From Squalus acanthias (lineage: Eukaryota), in the NCBI GenBank assembly GCA_030390025.1, contig CM059432.1, forward strand, positions 50,036,001 through 50,100,000: a DNA stretch of 64,000 nt, written 5' to 3'. A program made the position numbers and the translations under genes. Shown here piece after piece: positions 36,912 through 48,974 of the stretch (within the stretch, counting starts at the first letter, position 1; each line of letters begins with the position of its first letter). The notes under the pieces are model-generated. The model was given only the letters and a program-made list of their open reading frames with translations. It made no database searches and was not told where the DNA came from.

Positions 36912-37656
36912 GGGCTAGAAATTGGGTAGCTTAGCACCTCCCGTTAGCGCTTCCGGGGGGGGGGGGGGCGCGCTAATGAGGCACAAACAACTTTTTCGCC
37001 CGGGCGTGGCGCTGCTAACAACTCCCGCTAAATTCAGCAGCAGTATAGCGGCAGCGGTAACCGGTAGCGCCCGCTCTGCTGCGAGGTGATCGTCCCGTTT
37101 TCACCTCGCCTGCAAAATTGGCCTGCGCCCCCTGAATCTGCGCCGGGCGATGACAGCGACTGAGTCAGGGGGCGGGAACGGAGCAGCAGGAGTCTTGCAG
37201 GGCACTAAGTAAAGTGGAGGTGGTGGGCGGGGCAAAAAAAAATCGTCCGACTTACTTGTCGCGACCCGTTGCATCTTTGAACGCGGGATCCGTGCCGCGA
37301 TCTGGCAGCCCAGCACACCTCTTGTGTGCCAGGCTGCTGGCACGGCACCCCGCTCCCCGGTGGCCCAGGTAGGGCCCCTCAGAGTTGTGGGATTGGGCCC
37401 TCCCCTTCAATGAGGGGAGGAGCCCTTCCATACGGCAGTGCTACGTGGCCCTGCGTAGCGCTGCAGAATGCTCCGCCCCGATATTTGGGGTTAGCGCTCT
37501 AAGAAGGAAGTGGAGTGCTTGAATTAGCGCTCCACCTCCCTCTTGGGGCACTAAAACTGAATTTCGTGGTCACCGGCGCTAATTAGCACCAGGCGCTAAA
37601 GTTAGCGCCCAGGCGATGTTTGTGCCACAAAATGGTCGATACCGACTTTTTACCCC
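36912..37656 (+). mobile_element. Harbinger family A-related MITE (745 bp)
   Basis: GGGCTAGAAATT...ACTTTTTACCCC; TSD CAA; subterminal CCTCCCGTTAGCGC as in 10146; many TAGCGC motifs. Confidence 0.8.
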
Positions 37657-38289
37657 CAAGTCTACAAGACGATTTTAATGCTGACATAGAAACCGGGTAG
37701 GTGGGCTGTTAAAATCATCCGGGAGATTTACCCACCGACATCCTGCTCCCTTCTTGCAGTTTACACTTTTAACCTGCTCTTGCTGAGCAGGCTGGAAGGA
37801 CACCCATTGGAAGCTAACAGGGTCTTTCTTTAAATATGTAGATCGGGCTTCATTGATGTCATTGGGGCCTGAATGCTAGTTTAACTAGTGGCCTGAGTGG
37901 GTAAGCCTTGTGACTTTCCCAACAGGAAGAACAGTCGTGACCAGGGGTCAGGAGGCGCAAGAGTACAAGGAAAGTAAAACAAAAAATTGGTCTGTACTAA
38001 AACATCTCTGAACAGATGAGATTAATTTTAGTGCATGGACAGTGCTTTAGATGAGAGTCAAATTTTTGCAATTCTTTTATGCACTTGCAGGAATGTTCAA
38101 GTTTATTCTTGAGTGCTTTCTTAGAGCTCACAGGTCTGTTAGAAAGGCTTATAAAAACTGACCTGCGACAATGCTGCGCAAATAGCTAAACAATCCTTTA
38201 ATTGATATAAACAGCAGACTGTTGACCAATTCCACTGTGGTGTGTACAGCTTCTGTGAGATAGGGGGGTTACAGAATGCATACATCAAG

Positions 38290-38500
38290 AATTACAAATC
38301 AAGACCTCCAGATCATAGTAGATGCCATTGAGCATGGCAAAGTATTCTCTACAGAAAGGAGGGCTAAACCACCAATGCTCAAAATGTGAAGCAGGCATGG
38401 GAGGCCATCACACAGGAGGTTGTTGTGCTATCACATACCAGGAGATGCTGAAAGGATATCAGGAAGAATGCATGAGACTTGAAGAAAAGTGTCAAGGTGA
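38290..38500 (+). pseudogene. Decayed Harbinger Myb exon 1
   Basis: LQIIVDAIE...QAWEAITQEV...TRR...IRK...DLKKSVK followed by GTGAG. Confidence 0.5.
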
Positions 38501-39276
38501 GAAATGATAATGACCAGGTTAGCTGAAAAAGACCTGGGAGTGGGAGTAGGCATAGCAATCATGTTCAGTCATTGTAGAACAACAATCAATAAAGCAAGCA
38601 GAATGTTGAGCTAAATTGACAAACCAGTAAAGCGCTGATATTGCTGCAGGGGACTCCAGACTGTGGTCCGCTGTGCACACCGGCAGAATGAGGAGCTGGG
38701 CTGGTTCACACATTACTATTTAAATAAGCTCTCTTTGCTGCTGGTGCCTTCCACAATGAGTATGACTACGTTGGGTGGGAGAAGAAGAAAATTAAGGGCT
38801 GCCGTTCCAATTTAAAGTGATGCAGTCACTTAAAGAGAAGTGGCTGTATCCGGGGTCAAAAATCTGTGAGCCTTTTCGAATGATTGCTAAAAGTTGGCAG
38901 CTTTTCAAGGACTGTATAGAGGGGCAAGAAGTGATGAGCAAGACTGAAATGAAGGAAAAGCCAATGTGGAAGATACAAAATAGAGTATGTGAGCAAGTTA
39001 CGGAGAGGGCAGTGCACCTAAAGCTCTGTTTTTGATGTCTGGAGAAGTGGATGAGCTGCTGCATGAGATGGGTGCAAGGAGAGTTGCCTTGTTTGGCACT
39101 CCATGACACCCTCCCCAGAGGACAGCAGTATCAGGCAGGAGGAGGCACGGATGAGGCAGCTGGTCCAATTTTTGGCTCCTGCATTGCATGCCCAGCAGAA
39201 TTGCACTGAAAATGCGTCATTAAGGTGTAGGTTTCAATCCGCTAGTCTTGAGATATTGTTAGTTTAGGTAACACAG

Positions 39277-40880
39277 AGGCTGTGATTTCCCCAACCTGGG
39301 CGGATCCATGGGGGATCGCGGCCTCGCTGCTGGCTCCATCCTGGCCTCCGACATGACTTTCCCCTGATTGGGCTTGTTAAGCCCACCCAGCGAGTTTCCC
39401 GGCCAATTGAAGGAAGCGGGTCTAATGATGTCATTTGATGACGCGTCATCAGCCGGTTTCCTTAAAGGGACCATGCGCAAATTTACTTTGACATTTGTGT
39501 TGTCAGTGTTCGACAACATTGAGGTGCTGCAAACACTGACAAGCAATGCACAGAGGTGCACGGCTGCACCTAGGCTCTCCCATGACTCCCTCCATATGCT
39601 TATGAAGGGGGTCACAGCATGCAGGGAGGTTCTCTTCCCTTCCAATGGGTGGAAGAGACCTCCCCAGGAGACCAACGCAGCCTGGTTGCACATTGCACAG
39701 GAGGGCACAAGCAGGGATGTCGTCAGGAGGACCAGGCTGCAGTGGCGCAAACCTTTCAATTATCTCAGTAGATCACGAAACGTTACTGCAAAGCCACACT
39801 CAACCTCATCCTGCTGTGCCACTCATCACCATCATTCTGCCTTCCCTTCCCTACTCCTGCACATCCTTACTCACACCAACTTACCTTGCACCTCCACCCA
39901 TCCCTCTCTATCTACATTATCACTTCCCCCTCTCATTAGCCACCCCTCACACTCACCCTCATCTTCGTCCAATGATACCAACTAACAACACACAAGGGTA
40001 GGCACTTGTGTGTTTTAGCCAATGTTCATATGAAGTTTCTGCTAATGTGCTGTCAAACATTGAAATCTTTATTTTCAACACTTTCCGTTCTTGGACAGAT
40101 TTGTGTGCACCTTTGGAAGTGGCTTTGTGAGTTGCAGTGAATAGTGAGATATAACGGTACCCCCTGCAATGCGGATGAGTGTGAAAGGAATGGCTTGGGC
40201 ATTGTAGGAATGCTTAATGGTGTTGGTGTGGGGTGGTGCCTGAGAAGGTTGGTGTGGTTGTTGGTGCTGCTCGTGTGCCTGGTGATGCAGCTGATCGTGG
40301 TCAGATTCTGAGGACCAAGGTGAGGGAATATAAACCATACCCATGCTGATGGAATAGATGGCAGGTGAACTTAAGATGACGAAGCAATCTGTCAATGGTG
40401 AGAGAGGTTGTTCCAATGAGGTGACACAGGATGGAGAGTTTGCTCCAAACACTTGCAACCTGCATAAAGCTCAATCTGTCTTCCAAATGCAGTAAGCAAC
40501 AGCTTCTGAGCTTGGAAAGTGAACAGCTGTGAGATCGGAGCTTTTATAGGACATTTCAAGCTGTCAAGTAATGAGATGATTCCATGGCCATTCAACTCCC
40601 GCCCAGCTTAACAGACGTGATCCCTGAGCAGTGTGGACCCCATTGGCAAGCTGGTAAATTCTAAAGGTGAGCTCAAAATTGTTGTTAATCCTCTGTTAAC
40701 AAGGTCATAATGACCTGAATTGCCTCCTCTGCCGCTGCGTGTCGGGTCTGCTCAGTGCTGACAGTCCTGACATTTAGTAAAGGCACGTGGTGGCAGGTTG
40801 ACAGCGGGGTCCCAAAACGCTTTCCCACCCAACCCCTCCACCCATCCCGTCCGCTGACCCCCCGGAAAATTTGTCAACCA
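39277..40880 (+). mobile_element. Decayed non-autonomous Harbinger related to family C
   Basis: Myb exon 1 remnant APRLSHDSL...VLFPSNG...W...RTRLQWRKPFNYL (~39547-39780). Minus-strand MGMVYIPSPWSSESDHDQLHHQ resembles the family C transposase N-terminus. Ends approximate. Confidence 0.7.
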
Positions 40881-40899
40881 TCTTTAAGATTTCTTTAGG

Positions 40900-41120
40900 A
40901 TTACAACTTACATTTATATAGCACCTTTAATGTACAAAAACTTCCCAAGGTGCTTCACACAGACATGAGGAAAACAAATGCTGAACCAAAGAAAGATTAG
41001 AAGGGGTGACTAAAAGCTTGGTCAAAGAGGTGGATTTTAAGGAGGGTCTTATATGAATAGAAGTAGATAGTGAATTTGAAAAATTTAGGGAGGGAAAGCA
41101 AGCTAGTGGGACCTACATGG
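40900..41120 (-). mobile_element. L2 3' tail fragment
   Basis: Reverse complement ends GTGAAGCACCTTGGGA...AAAGGTGCTATATAAATGTAAGTTGT. Confidence 0.7.
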
Positions 41121-41311
41121 CTGGAGCTTGTATTTGTCTCATGTGGCAGTGTGCCTTTGCATGGAAATTATTCATCAGCTGTTTCTGTTATGACAGGAAT
41201 ATGTTTACATTAATGCTTAGGAAGGTTCAGTGCAAAATGATTTACCATTATGAGGGTGGTATGGATATTTAGGGCAGATTCTTGGCATTGAAAGCTGTTT
41301 TTTAGCCTTAC

Positions 41312-41520
41312 CTTAGCAACCTTCGTTGGTTCAGCCATCTTCTTCCAGGTCCTCTGGGTCCAGCACACAGAATTTACACGATTGGTAATCTGCTCCCAAG
41401 CTTGCTGAACTATTCTTTTATTTTTTGAAAAGGGGGCCTTTCCATTTAATACAGGACAGCCCTCTTTTTTGTGCACTTTATAAATAAGAACCTTAAGTGC
41501 TTGGCTATCAAAGTATTCTG
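41312..41520 (-). pseudogene. Decayed Harbinger Myb exon 1
   Basis: FDSQALKVLI...QQAWEQITNRVNSVCWTQRTWKK...VAK|GTAAGG. Confidence 0.6.
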
Positions 41521-42339
41521 TAGCAAAATAGTTGAGAAAACCCCTCTCCTCTGTGGACCTGCAAGGGTTTGGATGCTTCTTTAAGTCATTTAACTGCTAC
41601 TCTGCATGGTAATCCTTTCTGATGCACCATTGGCCAGCCTGTCACGCAGACAAGACATCAACATGGTTTCTATTACCTGTGGAGCAAAGAACAGCAATAT
41701 CAAGGGTTAACAGGCAACTGAGACTTCTCCCAATCCACAATCAACACCTGAGTAGAGTGTAACAGCAATTTCTAGGCTCAAATTACTATGCATTAACATA
41801 CACTTAACACATGAATTAACTGTAATACAGAGCGATTTCACTCACTTAGTACTGAATTTCTTGAGTGGATATTTTAAGTAGAAATTGAGATGGAGATGTG
41901 ATGAAGGAAACATCTTTTTACTAGGCGAAGGGTTTTACTATGCAACTTTATCCTATAGTCAGCCAATGGCTCAGTTGGTAGCACCCTTACCTCTGAGTTA
42001 TGAAGGTTGTGGGTTCAAGTCCCACTCCAGAGACTTGAGCACAAAAATCTAGGCTGGTAGTACAGAGGGAGTGCTGCACTGTCGGAGGTGCTGTCTTTTG
42101 GATGAAACATTAAACCGAGGCCCCGTCTGCTCTTTCAGGTGAACGTAAAAGATCCCATATGTAAAGTTTTGCAATTATTGCGATTCAAAATAACAGAAGA
42201 GAAGCAGATTCGTTTGATCAGTTTTATTAAACGAAATGCTGTCCTGATAATAAAGTGGAGATGCCGGCGTTGGACTGGGGTGGACAAAAATGAGAAGTCG
42301 CACAACACCAGGTTATAGTCCAACAGATTTATTTAAAAT

Positions 42340-42375
42340 TACAAGCTTTCGGAGCTGTCGCTCCTTCTTCAGGTA
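42340..42375 (-). ncRNA. Minimal type I hammerhead ribozyme motif
   Basis: Reverse complement of the 44459-44494 motif. Confidence 0.65.
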
Positions 42376-43242
42376 GGGTAGCTGTGAGAGAATCTCCCAG
42401 AATTCACAATATAAGCACAGAAAAAATGTATTCAAATCTTCCCCTACATCAAAGACACACTAAGAGCACAGCCAAGACAATGAGATGTGTCCCAGGGGGT
42501 CCAACGTGTCAAAACACCTGCTGGCTGCATATCCTCTCCATTTGTGTTAGGTTCTTGTGTTAGGTTTTTTTTTGAAAAAAACCTGGAAAGACCGGCCATG
42601 ATGACAAGTCACGTTCTGTATCGTGACATGAACCCGATATCGCGATTGAGGCCATCCTCATGAGTGCGGAACTTGGCTATCAGTTTCTGCTCTATGATTT
42701 TGCGCTGTCGTGTATCCCGAAGGCCGCCCTGGAGAACGCTTACCCGCAGATCCGAGGCTGAATGCCCCTGACTGCTGAAGTGTTCCCCGACTGGGAGGCA
42801 ACCCTCCTGCCTGGCGATTGTTGCGCGGTGTCCGTTCATACGTTGTCTCAGTGTCTGCATGGTCTCGCCGATGTACCATGCTCTGAGGCATCCTTTACTG
42901 CAACGTATCAGGTAGACAACGTTGGCCGAGTCACATGAGTATGTACCATGTACCTGGTGGGTAGTGTCCTCACGTGTGATGATGGTATCTGTGTCCATGA
43001 TCTGGCATGTCTTGCAGAGGTTGTCGTGGCAGGGTTGTGTGGTGTCGTGGTTGCTGTTCTCCTGAAAGATGGGTAATCTGCTGCGAACGATGGTACTTTT
43101 GAGGTTAGGCGGCTGCTTGAAGGCGAGTAGTGGAGGCGTGGGGATGGCCTTAGCAAGGTGTCCAAGAATGAAACCGATTCTGAGGAGTAGTCCATGGTGA
43201 GTTTGATGGTGGGATGGAACCTGTTGATGCTATCGTGTAGTC

Positions 43243-44225
43243 CTACTCCTCAGAATCGGTTTCATTCTTGGACACACGAATCTCCATCAAAGACGGACGC
43301 CTCAGCACTTCACTCTACCGCAAGCCCACGGACAACCTCACGATGCTCCACTTCTCCAGCTTCCACCCTAACCACGTTAAAGAAGCCATCCCCTATGGAC
43401 AAGCCCTGCGAATACACAGGATCTGCTCAGACGAGGAGGAACGCGATGGACACCTACGGACACTGAAAGACGCCCTCGTAAGAACGGGATATGACGCTCG
43501 ACTCGTCGATCGACAGTTCCGACGGGCCACAGCGAAAAACCGCATAGACCTCCTCAGAAGACGAACACGGGACACAACCAACAGAGTACCCTACGTCGTC
43601 CAGTACTTCCCCGGAGCGGTAAAACTACGCCATGTTCTTCGCAGCCTTCAACATGTCATCGATGACGACGAACACCTTGCTAAGGCCATCCCCACGCCTC
43701 CACTACTCGCCTTCAAGCAGCCGCCTAACCTCAAAAGTACCATCGTTCGCAGCAGATTACCCATCTTTCAGGAGAACAGCAACCACGACACCACACAACC
43801 CTGCCACGGCAACCTCTGCAAGACATGCCAGATCATGGACACAGATACCATCATCACACGTGAGGACACTACCCACCAGGTACATGGTACATACTCATGT
43901 GACTCGGCCAACGTTGTCTACCTGATACATTGCAGTAAAGGATGCCCCAGAGCATGGTACATCGGCGAGACCATGCAGACACTGAGACAACGTATGAACG
44001 GACACCGCGCAACAATCGCCAGGCAGGAGGGTTGCCTCCCAGTCGGGGAACACTTCAGCAGTCAGGGGCATTCAGCCTCGGATCTGCAGGTAAGCGTTCT
44101 CCAAGGCGGCCTTCGGGATACATGACAGCGCAAAATCATAGAGCAGAAACTGATAGCCAAGTTCCGCACTCATGAGGATGGCCTCAATCGCGATATCGGG
44201 TTCATGTCACGATACAGAACGTGAC
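43243..44225 (+). pseudogene. Penelope-like ORF C-terminus (RT thumb/linker + GIY-YIG endonuclease)
   Basis: SFLDT..., LYRKPT, SFHP, NVVYLIHC...YIGET..TLRQRMNGHR. Premature TGA at 44123-44125 where the inverted arm has CGA. Confidence 0.9.
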
Positions 44226-44458
44226 TTGACATCATGGCCGGTCTTTCCAGGTTTTTTTCAACAAAAAAAACTAACACAAGAACCTAACACAAATGGAGAG
44301 GATATGCAGCCAGCAGGTGTTTTGACACGTTGGACCCCCTGGGACACATCTCATTGTCTTGGCTGTGCTCTTAGTGTGTCTTTGATGTAGGGAAAGATTT
44401 GAATACATTTTTTCTGTGCTTATATTGTGAATTCTGGGAGATTCTCTCACAGCTACCC

Positions 44459-44494
44459 TACCTGAAGAAGGAGCGACAGCTCCGAAAGCTTGTA
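44459..44494 (+). ncRNA. Minimal type I hammerhead ribozyme motif
   Basis: TAC-CTGAAGA-A-GGAGC(GACA)GCTCC-GAA-AGCT-T-GTA: catalytic core boxes, stem II, palindromic stem III, short stem I. Confidence 0.65.
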
Positions 44495-47493
44495 ATTTTA
44501 AATAAATCTGTTGGACTATAACCTGGTGTTGTGCGACTTCTGATAATAAAGGACACAGAAGCCTGTAAAATGGCTGCCGCGCATCGTGGCAGAAGCTTCC
44601 AGAAGCACAGTGGGCAGACAAGATGGCGTCGAATATACATTCAGTATAAGATTGGATCATACTCGGTAAACATTGATAAAGACAGGATGCAACCCGTTTG
44701 CATTTTAAACAATAGCAATGATATAAGTGCAGGAATCGTTTTCCTATGCACTGTAAGGATCATTGTACTAGGCAATCGAAGGCCCATCCAGACACATCAA
44801 TACACAAATACCCCCCCGGCTCTACAATGAGAGAGACATTGACGGGTGATTAAGTCGGTATTCGGGGGGCCCCAAAACCAGTCAAGGAGATGATTCATAC
44901 ACATCCTGGCTGGGTCAACAATGGGGAAAACATTAACGGATAGTTGGCCAGTTTCAGGTGCTACCGAAACCCGTTAAAGAAGATAATCGCCCCATGCTGG
45001 GAGTTTTGAGCGCCAATATTACACAAAGGACAAACATTAAGATTTGAGCGGGAGATAAGTGGACACAGCACTATAACTATAGAGAACAAATGTCCATCGG
45101 TCTCTTATCTCTCTGCGGACCCTTGCTGAAGCTTTTCCTTGGGGCTGGACTTTTGTGTTTCTCTGGACTTTGTTGACTCTTGAATCTTAGCCGTACTGGT
45201 CGGTTATTCAAGTGTTGGGTGGAGCTCAATCGGTACGAGCCTGCCCCGACAAGGGCAAGTAACAGGGTGCACCATCCCGAGTGTCGGTAAACGGTGTCTG
45301 GACCCGGAGGCCCGAGGAGACGAGATGAGAAGACGACGAGAAGAAGACGAGAAGAAGTTCCACGTGCCGCCATGGTCAGTGAACCCCGACCGCGCCTGAA
45401 AAATATAAATACAGGACTCTTCTTTGAGTTCTACCGACTACAACCTGTGTCGAACACAGGAAGACTCTTCTTTGAATTGTATCCGAGTTCCGTCGAGTTC
45501 TTCATGACAACAGGGAGACTGGCCTGCTTTTCGCAGCACCGAAAGTAAACAAGTGGGGTGCAGAGACCCTTCCAAACACGTGACAGTCAGGCGCTGCAGC
45601 GAAACGAGCTGAGTGCCTCACTTTAAAAAACTCTGAAGTAACACGAGTGGTGAGCATGTTTTCCGATCCTACAAATCCAGACGTAGTGTAGGTATTGTTA
45701 AGGGAGGGTGGTTTTAATAAGGTTAAGATATAATGCGTTCCCCTTTTTACGATGTGCCGTGTGTTCTCCATTTCCATAGACCAAGCTTTATGAATGTATG
45801 TATACTTGTACTATCTTTGATTTGCGCCTATGACATGTATTTCATGATTTTAGACGCCATGCAATAAAGATTTCCATTTCGTACTATTCATCCAGGTCGA
45901 TTTGAGTTTTTCTCTGCATTACTGCTCCCTGCATCTAAGTCCAGTGTTAGAACCATAAGGGCGAGTGGGTCGAACCACTCACAGGTGCTTATTGCAAAAA
46001 GGCTGGCCGGAGACCAGAGCAAGCAATAGTATAGGCAACGAAGGCCTAACCTCGCACCAGCACCGTCTGAGACACGCCCCCTTACACATAGCACTATTTC
46101 GAAGAAGAGCAGGGGACCCTGGTGTCCTGGCCAATATTTATCCTTCAATCAACACAACAAAAAACTGATTATCTGGTCATTATCACATTGCTGTTTGAGG
46201 GAGTTTGCTGAGCGCAAATTGGCTGTAAAGCGCTTTGCACGTCCGGTGGTCGTGAAAGGCACTATATAAATGCAAGTCTTTCTTTCTCTTCTATAATGTG
46301 AAAAGCTAGCAGAATAACATCCAAGAATGTTACATTTAAATGAGACACAGGAGAAGAGAGCCAGTTTGACATGTTCAAAAAAATGTGAACAGATCCTTGA
46401 TTCACCAGGATAGTAAAGAGATAAGGGCCTTACCAGCAAAAGTAAGTAATGCATGGATCAAAATGTAGGAAACAGAACATAAAAATGTCAACAAAAAAAC
46501 ACGGCAAGCTCCAAGAGACCCCAGTTTGCCCACTTTTTATAGGCAAATTTATGCTGTGGGTGGAGCCTCACCTGACATCTGAAAATCCCATGAGACTATT
46601 ATTACCATTACCTCATTTAAATAAAATTAGGAGGCCTGTGCATGTCCAAAATGCACCCAAAAAGGTGCTCAGAAAATCATGCATGGAATACAACAAGTCC
46701 TGCATGTTGGACAGTGGTGGGTGTTGGACAGCAGACTGTAGGAATTGTTGCTATCATGTCAGATATTGGTTGAGGGGCTGGTGAAGCAGTAGACATGCTA
46801 GTGCCAAATGTAAGACCTCCTCTGCAGTCCAAAAGTGACAATTGGGATACAATGATAAAAGTTTATAATAGATGCTGGCAATAATATCTTGACGCTCAAG
46901 ACCCAACACCATCCTGGTATCTATTCTGCCCCTTACTGGTGATTATTATCAGGTTTAACTGACTATAAATTTAGATTTACATTTGGATGATATGTTAGCC
47001 TAATTGTGCAAGTACACTTATTTCTAAAGGGATTTCATATTTTATAGATTGAAACACAGATCTGCTGCAATTCCATATTTGCAATTAATATTTTAATGGC
47101 TCCGTGCCCTACATCTGCTACTTTCTTTGGCAGTACAGAGCACCATTTATGCTGTTCAATAAATATGATAATTATATGTCCTTTTGGCACACTTTAGTGC
47201 CAACACACTAGAAATTTGTCCATGTGGAAGTGAGTTATTTTTGAAAAGTCTACACTTCAAGGAAGCAAATTGGGGTCAGAAGGTTAAACACAGGCAAGAC
47301 ACATTACAGCCCCCGCCACTCACACCGTCACCACTTACACCGTCCACACTTACCACGGGCAGTGCCAATATCAAGCAAATAGCGCTACCATTTGCCAGAA
47401 CCATAAGAGACAATTAAAAGCCACTGCTTATAACATATTAAGCGCGCCAGCTATTTCAGGCAGTTCTTCACACCTCACTAAAGAAGGAAATAG

Positions 47494-47582
47494 CTTGCAA
47501 TTTCACAACCTCAGGACGTCACAAAGTGCGTTACAGCTAACGAAGTACTTTTGAAGTGTAGTCGCTGTTGCAATGTAGGAAA
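47494..47582 (-). mobile_element. DeuSINE-like 3' fragment
   Basis: Reverse complement TTTCCTACATTGCAACAGCGACTACACTTCAAAAGTACTTC matches the SINE 3' region. Confidence 0.65.
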
Positions 47583-48431
47583 TACATTAACCCCTGTACA
47601 GTATTTACCGATGTGCAATGTTCAATTTTTATCCCCAACAAAGACTCCAGGAAGCGTCAGTGCTGCCATGTATCCCTCCCACGATTCTCTCTTTGCTGGC
47701 ACACAGATTTTCTTGTGGCACTTCTCTAGGTCAGTGCAGGAACTGACTGGAAGTTGCATCCAGGATCAGACCATATTTCAGTGACCAGTAGAGTCCGCAG
47801 GGTTCACAGCAGTGGAGATTGGTTTTACCGTCCACCGCTTGTAGTGGGTAAGTCGTGTTAACACCAACACGCCCACTATGTGTGGTGGGGACTGGATTAG
47901 GCACTTTTGCTGCAATAGCTGTGAAATAGAATCAAACCTACATATTTAATTTGCAGATAGAATTGCATTAATACAGGCGAGAATACAAAGGGCAGGCTTC
48001 TAGAAGTTTGATCAGAAATCTCAACATGACCGAAGCTTCATGGTGAACGCTAATCATTTTCGTAGAAAAATGGAAAAAATGCTTTAATGAGCCTCTTTTC
48101 CTTTTGACTTTTGGGGATGGGGTTGCATTTAAGCATGATTTTCCTATTACCTGAAGACAAGATAGTTTACGTCACAGAACTGAGAAGATGATGGAAACTT
48201 CCACTTCCAAGATAAACTTACAGTTGTGCTGGCAGCAGGCCAGCTGCCTAGAACATTTGCCTTATTTAAAATTACATCCAGTCCCTTTTTCCCAATGCAG
48301 TAGTGTTTTCTTTTTCTGTTTGTGCAGAGATTTCCTTAGTCGATGAAAATTTTGCTTTGAAGAAAATACGAATACTCAGCATGTTAGGTGAAATTATTCC
48401 CTTTGAGGAGCTTACAAGTCTCTTCCTCTAT

Positions 48432-48813
48432 TAGGGTTACCAACCCACCAGGATTGCCCTGGAGTATCCAGGAATTAAATATTAATCTCCAGAACACTGC
48501 TGCAAGCAACATGGGAGAAAAATTATTTTGGGCGTTAAAAAATGGTGCTTTTTTAACATTTTCTTTGAACACTTTTGTTTATTAGTTATAAAAAAATCTG
48601 ACGTGGGAAAAATGGCTGTTTGACTGATAGTCAAGAATCATCCAATTGGGTAATAAAGTTTATCTGCTATCCAATTGACGTGGGGAGACAGTGCACTGCA
48701 AGTATGGCCGTGTTGGGTGACCAATAGCAGGAGTGTGGGGGCTGGGCAGTTGGAGGCAGGAGGCCATGTGATGACACCTCCAGGAATATGTCCACCCAGA
48801 GTTGGCAACCCTA
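48432..48813. mobile_element. hAT-like MITE
   Basis: TIRs TAGGGTTACCAAC / GTTGGCAACCCTA; no 8-bp TSD recovered. Confidence 0.6.
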
Positions 48814-48974
48814 GTTAGGGTATGTGGACACCATGCTTAAAAAGTAACAACATTGCATTAGGATGGATTGAAGACCAGCTTTTATTTATTTTTCTGCTAT
48901 GGCTGTCAACCAAGACAAGAAGGGAAAATCAGAATGTCAGTCACTATTTTCACTACCGCAGAACTTTGTCACCC

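Larger units (their letters stand above)
42256..44539. mobile_element. Penelope-like element, head-to-head inverted structure
   Basis: Minus arm 43242-42256 and plus arm 43243-44539; GIY-YIG endonuclease in both; flanking duplication CTGATAATAAAG (42244-42255, 44540-44551). Confidence 0.93.
42160..46086 (+). mobile_element. Solo LTR (~1.63 kb after removing the nested Penelope-like insertion)
   Basis: Begins TGTAA, ends TTACA; exact 4-bp TSD CATA (42156-42159, 46087-46090); AATAAA at ~45863; no gag/pol. Confidence 0.8.
41961..46290 (+). mobile_element. DeuSINE-like SINE split into 41961-42159 and 46087-46290 by an LTR insertion
   Basis: Joining the halves gives AAAAGATCCCATAGCACTATTTCGAAGAAGAGCAGGGG, as in the intact copy near 6760-6800. 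Confidence 0.9.

Noticed and set aside
39000..39170. Another possible Myb exon relic (EVDELLHEMGARRVALFG)
   Set aside because: Too short and decayed to support as a feature.
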